Shown piece after piece: positions 51,301-64,000 of a stretch of 64,000 nucleotides of DNA. The DNA is taken from the NCBI GenBank assembly GCA_030141605.1, contig JAQGDQ010000221.1:186001-250000 (forward strand), written 5' to 3'. The notes beneath the pieces are model-generated. The model was not told the DNA's origin and did not search any database. It was given only the letters and a program-made list of their open reading frames with translations. Each line of letters opens with the position of its first letter. Within the stretch, counting starts at the first letter, position 1. The translations under genes and the position numbers were made by a program. This DNA comes from Tubiluchus corallicola. Lineage: Eukaryota > Animalia > Priapulida.

Positions 51301-54300
51301 TTTTAGAAGTGAAGTAATGCCTAAATTCCTTTGCGCAGTTAAAAATAAAAAAATATTTTAAAATATTAATTTATATAAGTGAATTAGCAATTAATTACAA
51401 AAGTATCCTTTTCTAAATCACACAAGTCTTTAATTTATATAAGTGAATTAGCAATTAATTACAAAAGTATACTTTTCTAAATCACACAAGTCTGTTTATT
51501 TGCAAAAATTACAAAACATTCCTTTAAAGTCGGCTGCTTCATTTTGTCACGAAGAAGTTGGCTCAAAAGTTCTCATAATTATAAACCCATGTTGAAAATC
51601 TGTTGCCGTGTGATGCACGTATTCTCGTAAAACATTTAGCGCTTGGCGTGCTTGAGCTGCAGTTTTTCAAACTTCTTAACTCTTTGCTCTTATTTGCTGT
51701 ATCATGTTTACTCTTGTAAGTCACAAGTAATACTGGCTGATTACTGTGACCACATCTTTGATTGTTAGCTGATTAAGCGTGAAAGTGTGATTTGCAATGA
51801 GAACTTCAAAACGAAACATCTAGACAAATGATTGAAGTTTAGCTTCCAGAAATTCTTGTTAATTGCAGTTGACGAGCAGGTAACACAAACTAAGCAAAAC
51901 CGCTACCTTAGCGTATTAGTGCATGATAAACGTACCTGCTAACAAACAAAACGGTACTCAAGATGATTGCTTCTACCTATATTATAGCACACAAAAGCGA
52001 AGTAAAGAACTCATAAGTAGGAAAGGCTCTTTGAGCACAAACAAATGTCTTATTTTAAGTAGGTTAGAGAAAAAATATTGAGTCAATTATGTGGAGTTAA
52101 TCGAGTCAATAACCGACAGCTTTTATATACATTTGAATAGAAGCGGGCCATTCCAGGCATTTTTGAGTCAATTAAGTGACTGAGTCTATTAACCGTAAGT
52201 CTATAAAGTGGCACCTACTGTCGTAAGATTTAAGTATTACCAGGTTACCATCTGATCAAAATCTGTTGTCCAATCTCCTTTCTTCCACTTCACACGATGC
52301 TGATCTCTGACAATGTCACTGTAAGTTAAGCAGCTGGGATCATAATGAAAATTACACTCATCGGGGGACATGAATTCAGTAGCCATCCCAAGTGCATCTC
52401 CAATTGCTGCTCCATAAATCATGCCTAGATGAACAGTAAAGTAGATTACTAGTGTTTCCATTGGGTACCTAAGTAATTACACACTTTATTTATGTTCCAG
52501 CAATGAAAATGCTGACATTATTATAATATTAAATATTGTAATAGGACATCTATTGTTAGAGAATTTAAAATTTAAATGTCAACTTCTGCTGTGCGCTTTT
52601 ACAGTAGGTACCTACTAGCAAAGTAATAAGTCTTAACTGCAGCGTTGGCAGTGCGCCAGGCCAAAAGCCATTGGAGAGATGGCAGATCAAACCATTTCTG
52701 TCGTAGGACTTACAAAAAACAAAACTATGATTTCTTTACTAAGAGGGTAATTATCTCAATAAAATTGTTTATTAATCTTTAAAAACCCATTTCAGACGAC
52801 TAATAAAGTTTTGAAAAGATGGATTGTTAGGTTTAACAGCACACAGAATAATATAGATTATTTTATTCTCCTGATCGCTACCCTGTATTAATAGTGCTTG
52901 GTGTTGGTACTTAGTAGGGTGACGTAGATGAATCATTGATAAAGGCTGCAATTAAGTAACTGAAAAGTCTGGCCAGATAAAAACTTAGTCACACGCCTTG
53001 TGGGGGAAAAACAATAACATTCACAACTCACACCTCGTGTATTCTGGCTCTTACAGGTCTAATAAGTGAATGTTTGTACAGTTAGTCAAAATGCACCAGT
53101 GATTGTTTCTATTTGTAAATATAACTGATTACAGTTTCTTCACTCCCACTGAATCTTAACAATCGGGTATCTGACGGGTATAAGCAACAGGGTAACCGGG
53201 TCTGATTTTTTCTTCAAATTACTAAGAAAACATGATTTTTAACACATACACAAGTAGTAATGATATTAGCACATGCCAGGCACACTTTATGAACTAGACT
53301 ATTGAAAATAAGCAGTGGTGCTGTCCTCTATTGGCCAAAAAGTTATCATATATGCTCCAAAATGCCTAACAGTAGTTCCTACCAGGGGCATAAATGTCCC
53401 TTGGGGGTATGAGACAGCTAAATGAAAGTTGTGTCATGTAACATGTCAGAATGTTCTTGTTTGCCGCACAGCATACATGTACGGAGTGGTGTGAGGAAAG
53501 AGTATGATACAAGGTTTAAATCCCTAAACATCATGCTTCTCTGTATTTTTAAAAGTCATTGTCTTTCCAAAAAATAGCATTTTTTGGGTAATCCACTGCA
53601 CACTGACTGCCTGTCGTTATAACGGGGTTAATTTATTATGTAATATAAGACATTTGGCACGGCAAATGCATTGGTGGATTGCGGTAGACGAGGTTGGCAG
53701 TTTTCGGAAAAGCCAGCATCAACGAGGCGGCCATTGAGGCTACTTCACAGTTCAACTGCAAGTTTGTCTTCTGATTTTTTTTCTTACATTTTGTTCTTGA
53801 AGTCGGTGTTTTGTTTATCAGTTTTGCTTGTATAATCAAATGACGCTTGTATAGTTAAATCATAGTAGTAAAAAATTTTCTCTTGAAATTCATATTACTA
53901 AAAATGTTAAGGGATAAGTGGCAGATCACTGAATTTCGAAAAGGTACTAGGCTACTAAAAGGTTAGGAACCACTGGCCTATAGCCAAAAAGTTGGAAAAA
54001 CTTGTAAGAAGGACTATTACTGTTATCACTAAATGTACACTGTAGTCTGCTGTATTGAGACTTTTGTTATCTACCCAATACTTGCAAGATGCTTTGAATT
54101 ATACCACACAAAATAAAACTAATTTTCAAAGGGTGTGACAAAGATGGTGTTTGTGGCAGCAGTGGAAATTATGGGGGGTGGGCAGAGTTGTCAACAGCAG
54201 TGGTAACAATGATACTTGTGTCAATTAGGGGTGAGCATCGAACGTTGGAATTAGATTCGAACGAGTTTATTTCATTCGAATTCGATTCAAACCTAAAATT

Positions 54301-57300
54301 ATAGATTCAAATAATTCAGCACTTCAGCCACATATGTTCTTTATCATTAAAATGTTTGAAACAGTATAAAGTTAGCACAACTTAACTGCAGTTTTTGTGC
54401 AAAACTTTTAACAAACTAATAGTAGTTCTACTGCAGAACAAAATCAAGTAACATGCATGATCTTTGTAAGAAAACTTTTTACTACTGATTCGAAAACTTG
54501 TTCAAAAATCTTTCAAACTCAATTGGAATTCGATTCGGATTCAAAATACTGAAATTTGGTTCGATTCAAATTCAAAAGTCACAAATTCGATTCATTTCGA
54601 ATTCGCCTGCTAGTAGAGACAGCTCACCCCTAGTGTCAATAAAATTAATGGTGATGAAGCAAAAGTTCCGGTAATGTGGTAGTCTGTGCTAGTACATGTA
54701 ATAGCAGTGACTTTTCCTTGTCATAAAATATTCCACTACATCAGCTACAATACAAATAGTGCAGCGGTGAAGAGGTTAAAACTAGAAGCAAGAAAGACAT
54801 TCGGTGTGACGTCAAAAGTTTCTTACTTGGTCAGCACAACAGCACAGCTAGAATTGCAATTTAGTATTTAACTAATACTCAAGGCAAGTTTACCAACTAT
54901 TTTATCCCGCAGGTCATTGGCATCTAGTTTGCTAGCACCACTAGGTGGGAGCAACGGAGTTTTTATCCGGCTAGCAGTATGCAGCGTTTGTGTTTGTGAC
55001 TGGACATACTGCGCTCGAGCAGAGTCTGGATTCGTAACGGACGACTGCAGAATATTACCTGAAAAATATCTGCTGTGATATGAAATAATAGAACTTTAAA
55101 AAAAAAATTATTTGAATTTTATTATATATTTAAAAACAAGAATTTATATATTTTCAATGAGGCAAAAAGCAAAGCATGCTTTATAATAGACACAAGATCT
55201 TACACAGTATAATATAATAAATGTGCAAAAAACTTTGTCTACTTCGGAGCTCATTGCTATTAGAGAAAAATTAAGAAGAATAAGCGGATGGCTTCTTTCA
55301 ACTTTAAGGAAAAATCCATGAACATTAGGCGTACGCGTCAAACGTTCGAGTTGAAACGAATTTGATTAGATTTGAACAAGTTTGTTTAATTTGAATTCAA
55401 TTTGAAGCTAAAATAATAGATCTGAATACTTCAACTACTTACGTTTTTTATCATTAAAACAAGTGAAACATTATACAGTTACCATAATTTAGCTGTGACC
55501 TTTGTGCACAATTTTTAAACAAATACCGCTTTTTATTTGTGATTCAAAAATCTTCAAAACTGAATTTGAATTCGGAGTTTGGTTTGGTTTGAGCTCAAAA
55601 TTCAAAAATTCGATTCGAATTCGTTTCGGATGCTCACACCCTAAAGAATACACAAGGATTGTGTATACACATTCAAACCCCCCTAACAAATACACAAGGA
55701 TTGTTAATTGTTAATTTGTGACATTTGGGATTGTTTATGACACTATTTCATCCTGATAGCAAAAAAGAGCAGTAAAAATGTTAGTGACATTCTAGATTTT
55801 GCACAATAGATGTTTTTAAAATAAAGTGCAATAGATGTATGCATAATAACACCAACAATTTTAGTTTTAATTTTATAAAAGTCAGAGTATTTCTAGATGT
55901 TTATTAAAAGTGCAAAGGATATTCAAACAGAAACATGCAAAGTTACGCCAGATATCACCTTTTCTCTAGGCAAGTATCAGTGTTGAAAAGTGAACATAAC
56001 AAGAACCGTATATACAAGTAGTGTGCAGACATGAAACACAGGAAGCCGATATTAAAAATGAAACCGAACAGCAACATTTTTGCAAAAGTAACTATCACTA
56101 AAACTGAAAAACGGAAAATTCTAAAATAAGTAAAATTTATTTGTTATGATGCAAAATTACTGATAAAAAATTCTAACACAAAATGAACAAGGAAGTTTTA
56201 TAGTGTAGAACCTCAAGTTTGAGGAGTGGCTTATCCTAGGAAATGTGTTATAATGTTTTTAATTTAAGTATTTTTAATGATTAATGTTTAAAGATCATAA
56301 TGCTTCATTAAAAATAAACAAATTGTATATTGCAGATATTTTGTTGTGTATATATCATAAATTATAAAATTAAAGAGACCTAGAGACCTTAAAACTGCAC
56401 AGTCCTCAGCACTGAAGATATGCCACATTGACGGTAAAAGCAAGCCCAAATTATTGTGAAAACAAAACTTTTGTTTTATTTTAACTAATTTAGTCAAAAT
56501 TTTTCAGCTTTTTCGGCAGCTAGGAGAAAATGTAAAATGGATAAATACTAGTAAAACCTCTGACAAATGCTGCCGAAATTTCTGCTACAAAATATTGTAA
56601 ATTTTGCCGAAACTGAAAGTGCAAATATCGGCAAACCGAAACGAAACCAGCAGACAAGTGGTATTTGTTGCAAATTTGCCTCTAGACTTTGTAAAAACTA
56701 ATTAAACTGCATTTATACACAAAATTGTTAAGATGCCTGTTCACATGTTTTACCTCGGTGTCGTGGAAACACGTTTAGTTTTGGAATATCACGCAACGGC
56801 TTGTTTAGACTTTGACGGCGGAGAAATTTCAGCAATATGGCCGAGCCTTGATCACAGATGGATTGCGGAGGGTTATGACTCCTAAAAGAGCAATCTTGAC
56901 GGTAGATAATAGAAAGCTTATTTATGCATAAATAATCTTAAGAAGACTTGAAAGATTTGTGTTACAAAATCAGTAAATTTTACATAAATTTTCAACTTTG
57001 GCTGATTAGATATATGACTAAAGCAAAAATACACCTTTTGATAAAACAGCATATGCCAATAGGCCTATGGAATACAATAGAGTCAGTTATGGATTAGTCA
57101 AATTAGTGTATAATCACAAATATATAGTATTTAGTATACATAGCATACTTCCAGTAACACAGCATTCACAGAATAAATCCTATAAACGCAATATCCTATA
57201 AACAAAAAAGCAATATTAAATTATAAAGTCTGAAAAATTTTTCACAGAAAAACATCTGGAAAAACCGTGCCTTAATAAATCTGCAATAATCTACTAACAC

Positions 57301-59141
57301 GATGCGGTGTGGAAATAATTAAATTTATAAATTTACTAATACAAATAAATTGCATCGCTCATTATGCAAAACAAAAATTAACATACTTTTTATGACCAAT
57401 TTTATGAAACATTTGTAATTCGTTCTCACAGGTGGAGGAGAATACTTATTCTTCACGCTTAAGCAGCAGTTCAGTAGAAACTACAGAGATTTCCTTGTAC
57501 TTTTGTCTGGCAATAGCGGCTATCTTCATTCTGCATCATACTGACAAAGTATAGAGGTACACTTTGATACTGACACGCATATGTCAAGTACACATTTTTA
57601 GTGTCACTTTAACTGTCATGTATAACTCGTATAGATAAATATTTTCAACGCAGTAATATGTTTATCTGTCGCAGCTTACTCATTTATGAATCATTATGAC
57701 AAACAAACTTGTGTTTCACAACTAGCAGCTATTTAAGTATACAGCGCTGAATGCACTAAAGCATTTACTAATTTCAATTATTAACGACACTTTCTCTTGT
57801 CTCCATTAATTGTATAACTTCAATATCGTGTTTATCGTTCAAAATAATTTATCATAGATATCGTATTGTCTAAAAAATAATTCACCATTATCGTATCATT
57901 GGAAAAAAGTGTCATATCACCAAATTTGTGTTGTTTAACATCCCTAATCCTGATCGCTACAGGCTAAGGGTAAGAAGCCTTAAAATGAGACATTATTCTG
58001 GTGCTGCCATCTAATTCTTATTAGCAGTGCCAATCAAGGCCCGAACCACAAACCATTTTTGTGTTAATGAACAGCCACAGTTAATTAGTTAATTACCAAA
58101 ACCTATTAAATTCAAACCTTTTTACCAGGGGATACTAGATTCTGACACCCACCTGTTATTGCTAGCCAAAATTACTTCCAAAGTCTCCGATCTTCCTAAC
58201 GATTCAGGTAAATTCTTCAGTTTATTATGGCACACGTTGAGTCGTCTAAGACATTCCATTTCACCCATCTCTTCGGGCAATTCGCGAAGTGCATTATGAG
58301 ACGCGTCTACTTTTTCTAGCTTCACCAACCGTGTAAAAGATTCTGGTAACTTGGTTAGCACGTTGTGTGTAAGAATTAACGTTCGCATGTGGAAGAACAA
58401 ACCGAAACTTTCCGGTAGCTCAGCAATTTGATTGTAGCTGATGTTGAGGTGGCATAGGTGTGGAATCCTGAGCGGCAATTCAATTGGAATACATGTTATA
58501 CGGTTGAATGAAACATCCATTCTTTCATAGAGAGAGATTGAATCAACAATTTCCCACGGAATGTCTAAAATACATCGTTCGCTGTACTCTCCTTTGATAT
58601 GCTAGAATGGTTAAGTAAGAAAGTAGAATGCTAAGCATTGTGTAATATATAAAAGTGTTGACATAAAAATAAGCCTTTTCACTGTTCCAGGGATTGACGA
58701 TGATTGTAAAAAAATCAAAGGTTAAGTGTACCAGACAACACATCTGTGTACACTTGACAATGCCTTGCAGCCCATGCTTTTGTAATAGTAACAGTTTTAA
58801 CAACTAGCTAGAACTTCACCTAGTTCATTTTTTCTTGTTCCCAAGCAACATCCTGTTAGTAAATCAGTCTATGCACAGACTAATGTATAGTTAAGTAAAG
58901 TCCAAGTAAAACAACTGAAGTTACAGAACTTGGGCAGACGGCTTTGCTTTACCTACATCAGATGAAGGTTACAATTAAGACATGTTGCTATGGCACACTT
59001 AACCTTTGAGCTACAGCCACTCTGCATGCGCAGTAGAATGGGCTACAATAGAAAAATCCATCCTACACAATGGCGTAAAGAAAAGTTGAAACATACCTCC
59101 TATTTATACAAAAATAATTTTAAAAAACTTACTGTTACCAT
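45185..59141 (-). CDS. LRR + ADP-ribosylglycohydrolase (ARH/DraG family) fusion, ~595 aa; exons 59141-59133 (tentative), 58601-58153, 56881-56754, 55058-54894, 52424-52249, 49872-49729, 48066-47901, 47340-47073, 46236-46147, 45377-45185
   Basis: All junctions GT-AG and phase-consistent in one frame: LRRs, PPQSICDQG cap, linker, GMIYGAAIGDALGMATEF, GDWTTDFDQM, DFAQRLHDW, DNAALVR, THADPRC, GGDANTNAAIAGALLG. Confidence 0.85.
46147..46236 (-). CDS. ARH exon
   Basis: VNILEPSKLSFVLKPLSVGVIALRNRKDF; ttttag and gtaagc; phase 2/2. Confidence 0.82.
47073..47340 (-). CDS. ARH exon (THADPRC)
   Basis: GIPHFHNLDEISENAARICKSTHADPRCVAA...NLKSFD; ctgtag and gtttgt. Confidence 0.9.
47901..48066 (-). CDS. ARH exon
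   Basis: VLENEDFLQKPHLVAEQV...DNAALVRSLIL; ttacag and gtaagc. Confidence 0.88.
48374..48860. mobile_element. hAT-type MITE
   Basis: TIRs CAGGAATGTTACCGAA ... TTCGGTAACATCCCCG; flanks AATGTGAC / AACGCGAC (8-bp TSD differing at two C/T positions); many CCGAAA/TTTCGG subterminal motifs. Confidence 0.75.
49729..49872 (-). CDS. ARH exon
   Basis: MLVLDSVIQWGGVVDELDFAQRLHDWSLHGYPELGD...VTK; caatag and gtaagt. Confidence 0.9.
50317..50994. mobile_element. Tc1/mariner (pogo/Tigger-like) MITE
   Basis: ta-CAGTACGTCCTTGTTTAACGAC ... GTTGTTAAGCGAGGACTTGCTG-ta. Confidence 0.7.
51154..52220. mobile_element. Tc1/mariner (pogo/Tigger-like) non-autonomous element
   Basis: ta-CAGTAGGTGCCCCTTAATAGACT ... AGTCTATAAAGTGGCACCTACTG; repeated GAGTC(A/T)AT subterminal motifs. 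Confidence 0.72.
51366..51493. repeat. Tandem duplication, 2 x 64 bp
   Basis: TTAATTTATATAAGTGAATTAGC...AAATCACACAAGTCT repeated almost exactly. Confidence 0.92.
52249..52424 (-). CDS. ARH exon (GDALG and WTTD motifs)
   Basis: GMIYGAAIGDALGMATEFM...KGDWTTDFDQM. Confidence 0.92.
53370..53975. mobile_element. hAT-Charlie-like MITE (old)
   Basis: CAGTAGTTCCTACC ... AGGTTAGGAACCACTG termini; TSD not clean. Confidence 0.55.
54226..54632. mobile_element. hAT-type MITE with perfect 8-bp TSD
   Basis: GTGTCAAT-TAGGGGTGAGC ... GCTCACCCCTA-GTGTCAAT; TTCGA subterminal repeats. Confidence 0.9.
54894..55058 (-). CDS. Linker exon leading into the ARH domain
   Basis: GNILQSSVTNP...RIKTPLLPP...DLRDKIV; tttcag and gtaaac. 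Confidence 0.85.
55326..55643. mobile_element. Older copy of the same TTCGA-rich hAT MITE family
   Basis: Collinear similarity to 54226-54632; ends GATGCTCACACCCTA. Confidence 0.7.
56754..56881 (-). CDS. LRR C-cap exon
   Basis: SHNPPQSICDQGSAILLKFLRR...FPRHR; ttttag and gtaaaa. Confidence 0.85.
58153..58601 (-). CDS. LRR exon (~5-6 repeats of LxxLxLxxNxLxxLP)
   Basis: DVSFNRITCIP, LNISYNQIAELPESF, LILTHNVLTKLPESF, VDASHNALRELPEEM, LNVCHNKLKNLPESL; ttctag acceptor, gtgggt donor. Confidence 0.92.
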
Positions 59142-59554
59142 CGCGAGAACATACAAAGATTGAGCGATTTCACAAAATATTTTCATTTGGTAGTTAGCAG
59201 AGAGTGATATTTTTTATGTACTACTGAGGAAATCTCTTCACAAAGCTTCACAAAAAAGAGCCAAAGTATAAACTTCCTGAAAAGTTAAAAAGTTTTGGGG
59301 GAATTTGCTCAACGTGCACTATTTTGTAGCATCTGTGTGTGCCAGTAAGTGGAGTACTCTACCGGCGTTGTTTTGTAACTTTTGTTTTTCTTTTGAAACG
59401 CGGCGCAATAATAAATAATTAATATTAGAACATATGATAATTGGAGACTTCATGCCATACACAAAAAGTGACTGTACAAAGATTGTTAGCTAGTTAGTTA
59501 GCTAGCTGAGCTAGTCAGTTAGTCAATCAATTAGTTTTGCAAAGATGGGTTAGA

Positions 59555-59680
59555 CAGCTTGGTGCTCTTGTCAGCTTGACATTCTTGGCGGCTTGACATT
59601 CTTGGTGGCTTGGCGGCATGGCATTCTTGGTGGCTTGGCACTCTTGGCAGCATGGCATTCCTGGCAGCGTGGCATTCTTC
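59555..59680. repeat. Degenerate minisatellite (~17-bp unit GGCTTGACATTCTTGGC), preceded by (TAGC/TAGT)n
   Basis: Seen directly. Confidence 0.8.
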
Positions 59681-62099
59681 ACAACGAAGCGGGAGAGGGA
59701 AGGGAGGTTTGGAGTGGGGAGTAGGTAGAGTGTTGGCAGTGGGACTGATATAGTAAGTTAGTAGGGTGTGGGGAGAACCACCTAAACTGCAAGTCTGCCT
59801 CAGCTACAAGCCTCATACACAGAACAACAAAAACTGTACAGTATGACAGATTCTGACCTTAATAAATTGCTTCTGGTTAACTTTGCGACTCAAATCCAGC
59901 ATTTGCCTTTCATCGTGACGCACTGGAGAGAGATCAGTCACTTCCACGTTACCCATCATTTATTGGATGATTTTCGCTAAGTAATAACATAGTGATTTTC
60001 AACTGGCATGTGACGTGTTGAATAGAATTTCTAGTAAAAAAACGATATTAAGATAAAAACAAATTCTATAGATATTATCTTCTTTACTAATAGTAATAAT
60101 AATTTTGAGGCAACATCAGTCACTATACAATTATATTAACACAGGCTAATATTGTTGATTAAATCATGTTTATTTATTACTCCTTTTATACCTGAATTGT
60201 ATCATTTTGAGAGCCATCACAGGTGGTTGTACTGACCGATATATTCAGAACGATCAAGGAGTGACTGACACTCAATAGAGTGTAGACTGTGCAGTAGTTT
60301 ATAAATACAAAGTAAGTGTACAGTTGAAATATTAACAATACCTCTAATGACTGAAAGAGCTTTGCTAGCTTTTACTGATAGTTTGACAATGTGGGGATGA
60401 AAGGTTAATTAATACAACATTTACTACCCATGCCATGTTAAAACGTCGTATGGCACCACCAGTCATCACTCATCAATCTTCACAAGCTTTCTATTCGGGC
60501 GCGTTTTCTTTATGCAATGGATATTGAAGTACAATGGGAAAATCAGTTTTGAAAATTATGGGAAAGAGCTATCATCCTATTTACCTTTCAAACTAACTAA
60601 GTAGATGATGATTTATCAGGAATTTAAATTTCACATTAGCGAAAATTAATTAAATGTGTCTTTCTTATGAAAATATCACTTTAACTTCTTATTATTTTGT
60701 TTCTGCTTCAGTCAAAAGATTCAATTCACTATTGCTAACAAATTATTTTAGGTAAATAAAAAACCATTTTGCATTTTCAGCCTTATTTTAATGGAAACAA
60801 TTAGACTTATGTATGGCTGAAATGTATTATGATTGTAAACGTGTTGATGCTAATTGCTGACTATCTAACTTTGTTTAAGAGTGTAAACAAAATCTTTGAT
60901 GTTCACAGTTGATACCCTTAATTGTGACCAACAAAGGTTGATTTCTGTTTATATCAGAATCAATAACAAGATTTAAAAAAATTCACACTGGCAAGAATTT
61001 TTTTAAATTTCTGGGCGAAATTTTGTAAACCTCAGTAATTAAGATCTCAAAGATGTCTGCTTCAAAAGTTGTTTTACTTTAGTGCACATGCAGTTAAGCT
61101 AGTTGCATACAAAAAGGTTCTTGAATTGCAAGCTTCCATGCTAACTCCAAATATCATTTTTGCAAGCACATCTTCCCTAAGCAAGTTAATCTTTCTAGCT
61201 GATCATGTCAATTCTCCTTTACTGTGCCATTTAAAATGACATTGTACCTTGCGTAATTTTTTTTAACAGATTGTAAAATATTGTTAAAAAAACTCCAGGT
61301 CAACTGCTGTTAGGATAAAGAGATCATTTTTCCCTTCTCTCTTATAGTATTGTTCCATTCATTACTCCACCCAATTCCAAATATGCTATACCTCACACTT
61401 AGGAACTTTGTCATCTTTTCTCTGCTTTCAAAACCTTTGTATGTGTGTATCAGCCTTTGACAATGGCGGCACAATTGTAGCTGCCGATATTAACACAGTT
61501 ACATATTAGCTCAGCCATTAACTGAAATTTCGATCAATAATCGATAGCTTATGGCAGTTATCTGCAGAAAATAGTGCAAAATTAATGGCTAGTAATTTGA
61601 AGTACTATTGTAGTAGGCCTATTATACTTCCCTGCAACTAAAAATCATGCCTGTTATAGAAAACAGAAATGGATGTACGAAAGTGCTTAATGTCCGTAAG
61701 CTAATTTAAAAAAGACAAATTTTGCATTCAATCCCTACTAAAAGGCTTATAAGAATTACATAAAGCTTACAAAAAAAATTTCCAAAGCATATGATGTTTA
61801 TTACTGTGCACAAAGTATTCGCTACATGAAAAAGTTAAATGCACATACCGCATATACTGAGGAATTAATATTAAACTGTAAAAGTTCTAGCACACATAAT
61901 TGAAGGCGTAAATGAAACTTACTAAATAGTTCAATGTTTACTATTGTTCTGTTAACGAAGCACAAAAACAAATAGAAATTACTTAGAGAGTGACATTATA
62001 AGAAAATTTAATAGGTTTACAAAGTTATAGGAAAAATTACTGAACTACAATTAAATGAAAATAAGTTGCTTTAAGAAACTGTTAATAAGTAAAGGATTC

Positions 62100-62900
62100 A
62101 GCAACAGTCAACCAGCTACTGACAGCACAAGGGCGCATTCAAACTGCAAAAACTGTGGTGGTGTCCGAACCAAACTTCACCACCACCCCTACATCAGCTA
62201 CATTCCCTTGTATATGTGAAGGTTTTTCGTCTGGTTTGCCCAAGTAGTAATGCTGACATCATAAGGCTTATGGACTGCTGTTCCATGCTCTTGTCAATAC
62301 CGAGCAAATGTAGTGGTCAAAAAAGTGCAGTGTGTACTTTCACGTTGCCAGGTGTCAGAGGGTTATTATTTTGCCTGTCATTGGAACAACTTTGCCTCAT
62401 ACTACTGGTCATAACATCATACCATGCAGTTGTAGTAAGCATAAAACTGTCCACAAGCACTTCAACTATTGTATGTCTACAATAATCATGTACAATGACG
62501 ACATAACTACTCTGTTCCATTTTGATATTATGCTTAAGCTTTGTACTGTCTCCTTCACTACAAAAAGCTGCTATTTACAAGAAACTGCTCCACCACAGTG
62601 AAGCTCCAGGAACTTCTACACAGTATAGTATAAACACAGAAATACAGGTACCGTGAGCTGCTACCAACAGAAAAACTTACCTGTTGACACAAGTCATGAA
62701 CTCGCTGATCCCCAAGAATTAATAGCATGAATACATGAAGGCAGACATCAGCAGGAATGATGTGGCACTGTGGCAATTGCCCCGAAATCACTTCATGCAA
62801 AACCATTCAAAATGTAATCCAGGTGATCCCACTTCTGACACCAGTGTAATATTGATGGAGACCTGGTAGTCCATGGTTCAAGTTTTGATTGATGGTGTTT
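62100..62900 (+). mobile_element. Possible heavily decayed hAT transposase remnant
   Basis: Collinear weak motifs DST..VR, CSGQKSAV (cf. MSG.K.GV), C..H..H.FN (cf. HC..H.LNL), TR*SPR (cf. TRW..R) across frameshifts and stops. Confidence 0.35.
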
Positions 62901-64000
62901 CAATTGTTAGGAAACCAATTCAGAAGCCACAAAACAAATCAAAAACTTGAAGGAATAACTTGCTATAATTTTCCTCTTGTATGTATACAGTAAAAGCTAG
63001 TGTAATATGTACATGCAGTATGTACATGATTGCTCAATATAAGAGTGTATAGTAGGTAATTTGGTAGATATTTTCTATTTGAAGAGCTATTGATGAAGCT
63101 ATAATTATGCTGATGATTTATTTATTACACTTAATGGAATTTAAAAAAAATAGTACAAAAAACTGAAACATTTCGGCTTATTAATTAATCAAAGATTTGG
63201 ATCACTGAGAGTGTCTGTACCACAAGCATACAGCAAGAATCGTTGTTAAATAATTGATGTTTATTCACCATAGTATGTCATTGCCATAATGGTAAGCATG
63301 CTTCAAGATAAGTCGAACGCATTCATCAAAGATTATTAGTACACAACGGATAATTTATATCGTGCGATGCCTTTTATCATAGACACACAATATTGAATGT
63401 ACTTGGCCATCAAACATAGCTCAAAAGAATTGATGTTCAATCTTTGCTCCTAATGCACAAAAATATATATATTTCGCATTTCTTGATCCATGAATTAATC
63501 GTTTTTAGTCAAAGTTTATCTTCTAGTTAGAAATTCCATTTTTAGATCGATTCCTGCTCTAGAGAACTAGAAGTTGTAAACTCTTTTCTTTTTAAGTAAC
63601 TAATATTCAGTGCAAATGTGACTTAAAGTGAAAATTTTTTTATGATACATCAAACATGTGAATGTTTGTCATAAACGCATTCATAAAAAGCAGAAAACCT
63701 TATCTATTTTTAAGTACCTTATCTACGTAAAAGCAGATATCCGTTAACTGTTCGTCAAATGTGCACTGGGCGAAACAATTGAATAAATAACATCAACCTG
63801 AATTGAAATTACTTCTTGAGTGCGGACTAAAATCCATGAGTGCGGTCCTTGAACACGGAACAGTTGAAATCCGTTTTGGAGGTGAGTTTTGTCAAACAGA
63901 AATTTATATAATACATATTTTCTATCGTAGCGTGATATGGGCGCTTAGTAAATTTCGGGCTGCCAGAAACTACTGGCGTTTTTTGCTGGCTGTATTTATT

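Noticed and set aside
59555-59680. Short repeated units considered as a CRISPR-like array
   Set aside because: Units are adjacent without unique spacers, context is eukaryotic, no cas genes; simple minisatellite

Overview
AT-rich eukaryotic DNA, most likely from an invertebrate animal (GT-AG introns, microsatellites, many MITEs and decayed retroelements; the species cannot be identified from the sequence). By following splice sites and reading-frame phase by hand I assembled three multi-exon genes. (1) + strand 2297-12531: a secreted S1A (chymotrypsin-family) serine protease of about 613 aa with a very long acidic pro-region. (2) + strand 21411-35970: a caveolin of about 326 aa with an unusual ~185-aa Glu/Lys-rich N-terminal extension. 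(3) - strand ~59141-45185: a ~595-aa fusion of leucine-rich repeats to an ADP-ribosylglycohydrolase (ARH/DraG-family) domain in which both Mg2+-binding motifs are substituted. This LRR-ARH fusion is the most novel-looking item. Between genes 2 and 3 lies a Ty3/gypsy remnant in permuted order (pol-PPT-LTR-PBS-gag) interrupted by a 5'-truncated LINE. No rRNA, tRNA, CRISPR or prokaryotic features were seen. All exon models are manual inferences that need RNA-seq support.
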